Sequence record: NC_073051.1
Length of the DNA stretch: 37,268 bases
Direction: 5' to 3' (one strand)
From: Escherichia phage PEC14
In this document: positions 26,821-34,116 of the stretch, one piece after another
How positions within the stretch are numbered: position 1 is the stretch's first letter
Layout of the letters: every line of letters starts with the position of its first letter
The notes under the pieces: model-generated
Told to the model about the DNA's origin: nothing
Databases searched by the model: none
What the model saw: only the letters and a program-made list of their open reading frames with translations
Made by a program: the position numbers and the translations under genes

Positions 26821-27786
26821 CTAATACATGTTAGGGATGACTAGTAACGGTGTGGGTACGGTTACATTACGATTAGGAATCTGGAATTGCTGCCGTGAGT
26901 AGTTACCGATCACGCGATTTCGTGCCGCGCTAACCACGTTTCCCGCCATGCGTATCCCGTTCATTCGCACGTGGTTATATCCGCTGTTGTTCTCAATGAG
27001 CGCGCCGGTATATGAAAGCTGTACTAGGCTGTTGCCGATATTCTGACCGCCAGTGCCGATATTAATTACGGAATTGAGGACGAACGGCTTGTTAACGGTA
27101 GAGAACGTGACCTGTCCCTGGTTGTTAGTCATGGTGATCCCGGCCCCCGGCGTGGGTGGTGTATTGTTGAATATTACCAGGTCCATGTCCACCGAAGCCG
27201 CCACATCGTCGATACCACCATAGGACGCGTTGCGGACGATAATACTGCCACCATCGAAGCCTACTGATACGTTGCCGTCATCCCAGCGGGCGAACGGGAC
27301 ACCGCTAACTGGCAAGGCCATACTCCCGTTGACGCGCACGCGCTTCGCGTATCGGCAGGTCATCAGCTTTGCCACGTTGGATATTGCGGTGAAGTCCGTT
27401 GAGTTAGCTACGAGCAGGCCCGCGTTGCGCGAACCAACCGGCAGCACTTCCATTATGACGCCCGCCCATTGTGGTAAACCAGAGTACGCGCCATACGCAT
27501 CATCACCGCGCAGGGTGATTCCGCTATTACCGTTGCGAGTAACAGACGTGACGTAAAACGGATCGGGTATTACCAGGGTCTGGTCGAACACTTCAATCAC
27601 CTCTACCGGGCGAGTGAGCGCGACGATGACCTGCGACCCCGCCGTAAGAGGGGTGTTAATGGTTAGCGTCTTGTTGGATTGCGCCCGCTGGTTAAAGCTG
27701 GTGCAGTATGACGGCGCGCGGAGTCCCGCGGTTATCTCCATGACAGGTCTACCGTCGTTGTAGTCTATTAATATTCCAGCGCCCAT
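26821..27786 (-). CDS. beta-rich protein, candidate receptor-binding protein (321 aa)
   Basis: N/G/S/T/V-rich; ATG 27786 with GGGAG SD right after the lipoprotein stop; transcribed opposite to tail genes. Confidence 0.5.
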   Translation of the reverse strand: MGAGILIDYNDGRPVMEITAGLRAPSYCTSFNQRAQSNKTLTINTPLTAGSQVIVALTRPVEVIEVFDQTLVIPDPFYVTSVTRNGNSGITLRGDDAYGAYSGLPQWAGVIMEVLPVGSRNAGLLVANSTDFTAISNVAKLMTCRYAKRVRVNGSMALPVSGVPFARWDDGNVSVGFDGGSIIVRNASYGGIDDVAASVDMDLVIFNNTPPTPGAGITMTNNQGQVTFSTVNKPFVLNSVINIGTGGQNIGNSLVQLSYTGALIENNSGYNHVRMNGIRMAGNVVSAARNRVIGNYSRQQFQIPNRNVTVPTPLLVIPNMY

Positions 27787-27788
27787 TA

Positions 27789-28010
27789 TTACCACTCCCG
27801 TGATTTAACTGAAACAGTGCCGGAAAAATTGCCGTCACTGTCGGCAGACAGACCAGTGAAGCGCATGTCCACATCCCCGGACGGGATTTTTCGCCCGTCA
27901 ACGTAACGCAACATGCAGCTGCCGTACGCAACCGTAATGCAATCGCCGTTGTTGCGTTCTACGGCACAACCGGACAAAAGAACCGCACAAATCATAATTA
28001 AAGTTTTCAT
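27789..28010 (-). CDS. small lipoprotein (73 aa), candidate superinfection-exclusion protein
   Basis: Signal peptide MKTLIMICAVLLSGC with lipobox; AGGTGA SD; track TTG start replaced by ATG 28010. Confidence 0.6.
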   Translation of the reverse strand: MKTLIMICAVLLSGCAVERNNGDCITVAYGSCMLRYVDGRKIPSGDVDMRFTGLSADSDGNFSGTVSVKSREW

Positions 28011-28040
28011 GGTATCATCACCTATATTTGGTCGAGTTTT

Positions 28041-28074
28041 AGTATTACACCGCTCGATCAAGAATGCAACCAAT
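28041..28074 (-). promoter_or_regulatory. candidate promoter ATTGGTTGCAT-N17-AATACT driving lipoprotein operon
   Basis: Motif on minus strand in the divergent region between lipoprotein and fibre genes. Confidence 0.35.
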
Positions 28075-28090
28075 TTACGAGGATTTAGCT

Positions 28091-29923
28091 ATGGCAGCGG
28101 GTACACTATCCGTAACGAATAACAGCAAGGCGGTTGTCGGGGTAGGCACGACGTTTACCGCGGTTAAAGCCGGAGACTTCTTATCGCTGGTAGTGGGGCA
28201 AGTACCCTACACTGTTGCGATCGCGTCCGTAGAAAGCGACACCGCGATTACGCTTGTGCTGCCGTTCGACGGACCCACGGCAACTGGCCTCGCGTGGGAT
28301 GGCGTTAAGCGCGATACCATGTCGCTGGCAACGATGGGCGTAACAGTACAGGCGCAGAAAGCGTTGCGCTTGATGATCGCGGACGAAAACAACTGGCGCG
28401 CAATCTTCGGAGACGAGGAAGAAATCGCGGTAACGCTGCCGAACGGGCAAGTTATGCAGGGTATGTCGTGGGGCTATCTGTCGCAATTGCTGAAGGAAGT
28501 TGACCCCGTTGAAATGCGCAACCTGCAACAACAAGCCGCGGCATCTGAAGCAGCAGCGCTGGTATCGCGTAATGAGGCCGAAGGCTTCAAGAACGATACC
28601 AATACCATCAAGACGCAGACCAACCAGATTAAGGCAGATACGCAGGCTATCCGCGACGCCACCAATACCATCAAGACGCAGACCAACAAGATTAAGGCAG
28701 ATACGCAGGCCATCAAAGACCAGACGAACCAGATCAAGACTGACACCGGCGTTATGAGGGACCAGGCCAACGCTGCGAAGACTGACGCGCAAGCTGCCAG
28801 CGCAGCCGCGCAGGGATTCCGCGATCAGGCCGAGGAGTGGGCGCAAAGCGTTAACGCGGATAACCTGCTAACAAAATCCGGCAACCTGGCAGGGCTTGCG
28901 GATAAATCGGCGTCGTGGAAGAACCTTATGCCTGCGGGGCCGCTGCGAATTGGGGCGCACCCCGTTGCGGACCTGGATGCCGCGACCCGGAAATGGACGC
29001 TGGAGCGTTTTACCAAAGGCGTGGCGGAGTCGTCGTGGACTGTCAGGAAAACCGTCACCACCACACCACAGAACGGCACTGTCGTCCGTGGCGGTGAGGT
29101 GGAATCGAGATATTCCAACCCAACATCTACGCAGTTCGCCCGTCTGTACTCAAGCTCTGTATTTGGTTCTTCTAACGCGGCTGTTGTTGAGGCAGAGGGT
29201 TCTTCCAGGCACGCTTATAAATTCTATGAGGATGGCACAGTTGACTTCCGACAGTCAGGGAAGACCAACCCATTCCGCATGTATACAAATATTGGAACAT
29301 GGAATGGCATAACGGACGCCACGGCATCCAACTTGACAACTAACGGAATGGACAGGGTGGCCATTTCGAGCGGCTCAGATACTCTGGTGCACGGATATTC
29401 TATCGGCGGCACCAAACCTAATGGATATCCAACAAAGGTTGGATATCACATGTATATTCCAGGCAATAATGCATTTGGTATTGCTTGCATGGTAATCGGT
29501 GGGGATAACGGAAAATTTTGCCGTTACTTTTTTGACATTGATGGTCTAATATATGGTTCGACCGATTACGGGAACTTCAGTTATATGAAAAATGGCACTT
29601 CTGACTTACGTGTAAAACACGGCATCGCCCATGTTGGAGTTGACAAATCATACTCTAATATTAAAGGGCTGGAATTTGTAGAGTTCATTTATGATAATGA
29701 CGAACAAAATCGAGTTCGGCATGGCGTGATTGCACAGCAAGCAGAGGTTGTTGAGCCTTTATATGTCAAGACGCGCAAATATGTTGGCAATAATCCAGGA
29801 GAGATTGTGGAGCAGAAGGAACTGGACACTACGCCGATGCTTCTGGATACCATGCATGTTGTGCAGACGTTGATGCAGAAGATCGAGGCTATGGAGGCCG
29901 AGATCGCGGCGCTGAAGAAATGA
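28091..29923 (+). CDS. side tail fibre with C-terminal intramolecular chaperone (peptidase S74-like) domain
   Basis: Start at ATG 28091 with GAGGA SD; heptad-like repeat shaft; C-terminal SDLRVKHGI...coiled-coil ending typical of self-cleaving chaperone domains. Confidence 0.75.
   Translation: MAAGTLSVTNNSKAVVGVGTTFTAVKAGDFLSLVVGQVPYTVAIASVESDTAITLVLPFDGPTATGLAWDGVKRDTMSLATMGVTVQAQKALRLMIADENNWRAIFGDEEEIAVTLPNGQVMQGMSWGYLSQLLKEVDPVEMRNLQQQAAASEAAALVSRNEAEGFKNDTNTIKTQTNQIKADTQAIRDATNTIKTQTNKIKADTQAIKDQTNQIKTDTGVMRDQANAAKTDAQAASAAAQGFRDQAEEWAQSVNADNLLTKSGNLAGLADKSASWKNLMPAGPLRIGAHPVADLDAATRKWTLERFTKGVAESSWTVRKTVTTTPQNGTVVRGGEVESRYSNPTSTQFARLYSSSVFGSSNAAVVEAEGSSRHAYKFYEDGTVDFRQSGKTNPFRMYTNIGTWNGITDATASNLTTNGMDRVAISSGSDTLVHGYSIGGTKPNGYPTKVGYHMYIPGNNAFGIACMVIGGDNGKFCRYFFDIDGLIYGSTDYGNFSYMKNGTSDLRVKHGIAHVGVDKSYSNIKGLEFVEFIYDNDEQNRVRHGVIAQQAEVVEPLYVKTRKYVGNNPGEIVEQKELDTTPMLLDTMHVVQTLMQKIEAMEAEIAALKK
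28598..28723 (+). repeat. in-frame 63-bp tandem duplication in fibre shaft
   Basis: Two adjacent near-identical 63-bp units encoding TNTIKTQTN(Q/K)IKADTQAI... Confidence 0.7.
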
Positions 29924-29927
29924 ATCA

Positions 29928-29952
29928 GAGGGGCCATTCGGCCCCTCTTTTT
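29928..29952. terminator. bidirectional terminator between fibre gene and convergent minus-strand block
   Basis: agaggggccattcggcccctct followed by ttttt. Confidence 0.65.
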
Positions 29953-30526
29953 AGTTTGAGTTTTCCCAGTCCATTTTGCGCCGCACAAGCGGGCTTTCGT
30001 AATATTCCTTACCTTCCACTTCCACTAAAGGCCAATCGTTCACGATCACGTATGGCTCTGCTATGTCCTCAATCACACCGTGCGCGCTATGCTGCCCGAA
30101 CGACACACCGACCAGAATAACCCCGGCAACTCGACGTGAAAGATACTCGCGAGCGCAACGGGCCTCAACCAGACCGCGACGGATGCCGCTGGTGGCTTTG
30201 ACCTCATATGTCCAGACGGCATCAATCATATGCTCTTTGTAGTCGGGACCGGATTTTACCTTGCGCTTGCCAACCATGATAATATCGCCGCGGTCGATAG
30301 TGTTAGCGCTAAACAGGCCGGTACGCATTAGCAAACCTTGCGGGATACAGCTACGCCCGCCCGCCTGCCCTTCGAGGTACATGCCCGCAAACATCTCGCC
30401 AAGCACACCGACAAGACGGCTTTGCTTGCACGCGTCAGACTTGTATCGCCACTGGTCAAACTCGATGCTTGCTATCATTGCCGCCAGGTGGAATTGTTTA
30501 CCGGTTATTTCATATTCGCCGTACAT
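29951..30526 (-). CDS. hypothetical protein (191 aa), possible PD-(D/E)xK-type nuclease
   Basis: GAGGGG SD; segment IDAVWTYEVK loosely fits a D...ExK pattern. Confidence 0.45.
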   Translation of the reverse strand: MYGEYEITGKQFHLAAMIASIEFDQWRYKSDACKQSRLVGVLGEMFAGMYLEGQAGGRSCIPQGLLMRTGLFSANTIDRGDIIMVGKRKVKSGPDYKEHMIDAVWTYEVKATSGIRRGLVEARCAREYLSRRVAGVILVGVSFGQHSAHGVIEDIAEPYVIVNDWPLVEVEGKEYYESPLVRRKMDWENSN

Positions 30527-30568
30527 TGTGAACCCCTCATTGATGCGGGCCGAAGCCCGCTATTAGAA

Positions 30569-31090
30569 TTATTTAAGTGCGCCAGTCACCAGTGTTTTTT
30601 CCATGTTACGGAAATCTTCCTGCGTCATGCAGATTTTCGATCCGTCTTCGCCCGTGAGCACGACCATAGGCTGGACGTCCTGGGCTACAACTCCAAAATT
30701 GGCGGCGTTAACCGTCTTGCCAACAGATGAAGAAGGATGCCACGTCCCCGCGACGTCGATGGGCCAACCTTTGAGGCTATCGTATTGCGCTGCCGTTGTA
30801 TCGATCTGAATCTCGTCATGCACGGTCATGTAAGACTCGCCCAGCAGGGCGGCATACGCCACCAGATCCACGATGTTATCTTCCTGGTGTTTACGGTGCT
30901 GGCGCACCAGCTTCAGGCAGATCAGGAAGGTCCAGGCTTCTTGCTCGGACAGGTCGCGCCCGGTAAGCGCGTTAAACACGGCAGCGATTTGTTTAGCGCT
31001 GCGTTCTTCTTTCGCGTTGTCATAGCCGTTTTCTTTCCCGCGCTGTTCCATAGTGGTGGCGGCGTTTTTGCAGTATTCGTATGCTTTCAC
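30569..31090 (-). CDS. hypothetical protein (173 aa)
   Basis: GTG start with AAGGG SD; no motif recognised. Confidence 0.45.
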   Translation of the reverse strand: MKAYEYCKNAATTMEQRGKENGYDNAKEERSAKQIAAVFNALTGRDLSEQEAWTFLICLKLVRQHRKHQEDNIVDLVAYAALLGESYMTVHDEIQIDTTAAQYDSLKGWPIDVAGTWHPSSSVGKTVNAANFGVVAQDVQPMVVLTGEDGSKICMTQEDFRNMEKTLVTGALK

Positions 31091-31137
31091 AGTATTACCC
31101 TTTTTAGTGAGGGGGCTGTATTGCCCCCGACACGTTT

Positions 31138-31167
31138 ACTATAGTGCAACCAATCTATTGGTTGCAA
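31138..31167 (-). promoter_or_regulatory. perfect palindrome TGCAACCAAT-CT-ATTGGTTGCA with TTGCAA-N18-TATAGT
   Basis: Read directly at 31145-31166; overlaps the 3' end of the HAD gene and lies upstream of the gene starting at 31090. Confidence 0.45.
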
Positions 31168-31625
31168 GTGAATTTTGCAACGTTTATCGCGTAAATTTTC
31201 GGGACCAAATCACCACACGCCCGACGAATTGCTGCGATGTTCTTCGGGCAGTCTTCAATGATGACCAGTTCCGACACGTCCGCATAACAGACCATTTTGA
31301 ACACGGCGCACGCCTTAAACTCTGGCGGCGGGGTGTCGTCCAGCATGTGGCGCATAAACAACCTGCCTACCGGGAAGACCTCCAATTGCTCGGCGGTGGT
31401 TTCCCAGCATTCTCGCTGCCGGTTGGTCAGATACGCGATCTCGAAGCCTTGCTCTTTATACATGCGCAGTAGCGGCAGCATATCCATGTTCAGGTCTTCG
31501 CGGACGTGCGCCTTGTGCCACTTCGCCCAAAAGGTGGATTTAGTTTTTACACCCGGCACCAGGTCGGCACGCGCATCGCTTGAACCGTTAATAACGCCAT
31601 CCAAATCGCAAATCAGTAATTTCAT
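31155..31625 (-). CDS. HAD-superfamily phosphatase (possible nucleotidase)
   Basis: N-terminal HAD motif I LLICDLDGVI. Confidence 0.55.
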   Translation of the reverse strand: MKLLICDLDGVINGSSDARADLVPGVKTKSTFWAKWHKAHVREDLNMDMLPLLRMYKEQGFEIAYLTNRQRECWETTAEQLEVFPVGRLFMRHMLDDTPPPEFKACAVFKMVCYADVSELVIIEDCPKNIAAIRRACGDLVPKIYAINVAKFTCNQ

Positions 31626-31826
31626 TTTAAGCTCTCAATAAGGGTGTATCGGGCGCTGCGCGCGGTGAAGGAGTTACACACGAAATGGCAACGCGTGGTT
31701 ATGACAAGCCAGCCGGTAAGATCTAGGCCCAGAATATATTCAGGCCGCGACACGCGACGCACACGATCGCGGCGGGGGTCGATGCAGAAGTCTTTTTGCA
31801 TTTGGTCTACTACCGCAGGGTCGCGG

Positions 31827-32312
31827 TCAACGATTAAGATATTCAAGGAGTTCTCCTTCGCTCATTATTTCAATTTGTGCGCTGCCGGTGGGCGGCGCTT
31901 CGTCAAAGATTATCAATTGCTGGCACTTGTTATTGCTCGGACCGACTTCACCGGTTACAGCATGTATGAATCGGATCCGCCAGTCCAGAAGAATTATCAG
32001 GTTTGCAGTCTTCCGGGCCAGCTTTGCCCACTTCGTCGACGTGTCCTGATTCAGCAGCATGACGGTCCGGCGTCCGTGCGCTGCACACTCGACCCACGGC
32101 AGCGGATCGGAATACGGCGGGTTGCACCACTTCCACCCTTTCAACTCTGACCAGTCCGCCTCAAGCGCGCTGTGCTCTGCCGTGAAGTAACGCGGTAGCA
32201 GGTGGTTGGCATCGCTCGCCGCCATGTCATAACGGAATCGGTACTTCCGGCGCAGCGGTTTAAATAAAGCTGGCGGCGTGCGCCAGCTATCTTTTTGCTC
32301 ACTCTTCTGCAT
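31827..32312 (-). CDS. dam: DNA N6-adenine methyltransferase (phage Dam family)
   Basis: WRTPPALF motif and catalytic NPPYS motif present. Confidence 0.75.
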   Translation of the reverse strand: MQKSEQKDSWRTPPALFKPLRRKYRFRYDMAASDANHLLPRYFTAEHSALEADWSELKGWKWCNPPYSDPLPWVECAAHGRRTVMLLNQDTSTKWAKLARKTANLIILLDWRIRFIHAVTGEVGPSNNKCQQLIIFDEAPPTGSAQIEIMSEGELLEYLNR

Positions 32313-32763
32313 GGTCGGTGTCTATCGCATACAGGGCGATTTTATCGCCGGTTTTGAGAATGCGTTGCACGCGCTTTGTCCCCTCGACACTAAGCGGACG
32401 CGCGTCCGGGTAGAAGCTGCCATTTGTAGGGTTGCGCCACGCCATAAGCACCAAATCTTTACGGTCAACCTTAGACTGGCGACCCTTCGGTCGCACGTAC
32501 TCCTCGGCCCGTTTACAGTGCTCCCGCAACGCCTCAGCCGTGATGCGGTTTAGTGCAACGCTGGTGGTGTATCCGGTGCGCTGCATAATCCCCATCAATT
32601 CGAATAGCAGTCCGAAGCGCTCCGCTAGATCCTGGCGCACTTTCTTCTCTCCTTCATATAGCGCCTGGTTGGTGTCCGCCAACGCGTTCGCACGTTCGGC
32701 CTGTTCGCGGGCTTTAAGGCATTGCGCAGCCCAGTAATCCTTTTCTTCTTGTAAAATTTTCAT
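32299..32763 (-). CDS. hypothetical protein (154 aa)
   Basis: ATG abuts the upstream stop; overlaps dam start. Confidence 0.45.
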   Translation of the reverse strand: MKILQEEKDYWAAQCLKAREQAERANALADTNQALYEGEKKVRQDLAERFGLLFELMGIMQRTGYTTSVALNRITAEALREHCKRAEEYVRPKGRQSKVDRKDLVLMAWRNPTNGSFYPDARPLSVEGTKRVQRILKTGDKIALYAIDTDHAEE

Positions 32764-33006
32764 CTATTTAAACTCCGTTGTGCGGATTTCCTTGCGTGGT
32801 ATAAATTTGCCGTCTTTCTCGACCCAGCAAGTGCCACCGCGCCACTGGGTGTTACGACCTGTTAGTTCTGCGTAGACAATCCGGCATTCATATTTATCGA
32901 GGTTATACGTGCAGGAAATCGGCAGCAGGAGACAAAAGAATAAGAACAGCACCATACACACCCAAAAACGTAAATCCCCGTCGTCGTCAAAAAAGAATCG
33001 TTTCAT
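32764..33006 (-). CDS. small membrane protein (80 aa)
   Basis: Start at ATG 33006 with GAGGA SD; hydrophobic segment FWVCMVLFLFFCLLLPI. Confidence 0.4.
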   Translation of the reverse strand: MKRFFFDDDGDLRFWVCMVLFLFFCLLLPISCTYNLDKYECRIVYAELTGRNTQWRGGTCWVEKDGKFIPRKEIRTTEFK

Positions 33007-33051
33007 GGTTAAATCCTCATATAAAAAAGGGCATCCAAACCGGACACCCTC

Positions 33052-33085
33052 AATATAATGCAACCAATATGATTATGCAACCAAT
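33052..33085 (-). promoter_or_regulatory. candidate promoter: two ATTGGTTGCAT copies with TTGCAT-N17-TATATT
   Basis: Read on minus strand at 33060-33068 and 33077-33085; -10 at 33052-33057. Confidence 0.45.
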
Positions 33086-33409
33086 TTACGCATAAAAGTT
33101 AGGGTCGCGTGCAACGTCTACCAAATACAGATTGCTGATTCGGTTGCCGTAGTGGCCTGGCGTGCGCTGACGGCACACTACGGCATAGCCTGGAGGTATT
33201 GTATTGCCAGTCTCAATGATCCACGCCACGCGTGCGCCAGACAGCGTCTTGCCGTTGTACTCGATACGAGTACCGCCATCGGCAGTGTTAAGGTTGCCAA
33301 TCTTGCTACCGGTAGACTTCAGGCGGATGACGCCCGTTTTACTGTCGTAGGTGAATAGCTGATTGGTCATTGCTACCGAAAAATCGATGGCTTCGAATGT
33401 GGTATTCAT
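33086..33409 (-). CDS. HNH_3/homing-endonuclease-like DNA-binding protein, probably catalytically degenerate
   Basis: Pattern GARVAWIIETGNTIPPGYAVVCRQRTPGHYGNRISNLYLV resembles HNH_3 domains but lacks the His in the catalytic position. Confidence 0.4.
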   Translation of the reverse strand: MNTTFEAIDFSVAMTNQLFTYDSKTGVIRLKSTGSKIGNLNTADGGTRIEYNGKTLSGARVAWIIETGNTIPPGYAVVCRQRTPGHYGNRISNLYLVDVARDPNFYA

Positions 33410-34116
33410 TCTAAATTTTCCTCGTTAACTGCGATTGCGAAGCCGCGCGGGGTGCGCGACCTGATTAGTTTGGTGCGGGCCGATTTGCCTCCGAGGCGAC
33501 TATACTGCTTCGAGTACCCTTTTTCAACGAAAACAGGTTTCTTCTCTGGCATACGGAAGCCGTTGCCGGTCCATAAGCAGGTCAGCTTCGGATATGAATC
33601 GCGGGCGTTGATGTATTCAGGGAATAACGGGTGTACGTCATCCTCTGGCAAATAGCCTCCATACTCCCACGGGTCAAACGAGTGGTCCGGCTTACGCCAT
33701 TGAGTGGAGAGCACGCTGCGCGGATTCTCAATCATATACGGCACTTCGAAGAAATCACCCAGGTAAGCGGCGATCTTCGCGGTGCGCACCGCCTTAAGCT
33801 GGAAGGCAGGGTCGCGGGCGCGTTTGCGCGGGAACGCTGGCGCACCACTAACCGCCAGATCCGTACACGGCGGGAATGCATAGATGATATCCGGCGTGCC
33901 GAAATCACCATTCATCGCGCGGTCCACGAAGTCCAGATCGATAAACTCATTACGATATCGGATACCGCGCCCATAAATCCGGTAGTCCAGGTACGACCCG
34001 TGATCGGCTTCGGAGTAGTTGAAGCAATAACACTTATGCCCCATCTCGGCAGCACGCTCAATCATCAAGCCGCTGCCGTCGAATAATGACCAGATTGTCA
34101 TTTTAGCAATAGTCAT
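33406..34116 (-). CDS. short C5-cytosine-methyltransferase-like protein (236 aa)
   Basis: Motif I-like SLFDGSG, motif IV-like FPPCTDLAVSG with Cys, motif VI-like ENP; no room for a full target-recognition domain. Confidence 0.5.
   Translation of the reverse strand: MTIAKMTIWSLFDGSGLMIERAAEMGHKCYCFNYSEADHGSYLDYRIYGRGIRYRNEFIDLDFVDRAMNGDFGTPDIIYAFPPCTDLAVSGAPAFPRKRARDPAFQLKAVRTAKIAAYLGDFFEVPYMIENPRSVLSTQWRKPDHSFDPWEYGGYLPEDDVHPLFPEYINARDSYPKLTCLWTGNGFRMPEKKPVFVEKGYSKQYSRLGGKSARTKLIRSRTPRGFAIAVNEENLE

Noticed and set aside
28181-28846. 221-aa minus-strand ORF and several plus-strand ORFs overlapping the fibre repeat region
   Set aside because: Generated by the tandem repeats in the fibre shaft; repetitive Arg-rich translation, no SD.
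31622-31846. 74-aa minus-strand ORF between dam and the HAD phosphatase gene
   Set aside because: Track start lies inside dam; an internal ATG at 31801 would give a 59-aa product but has no convincing SD. Left uncalled; the 200-bp gap may be regulatory.
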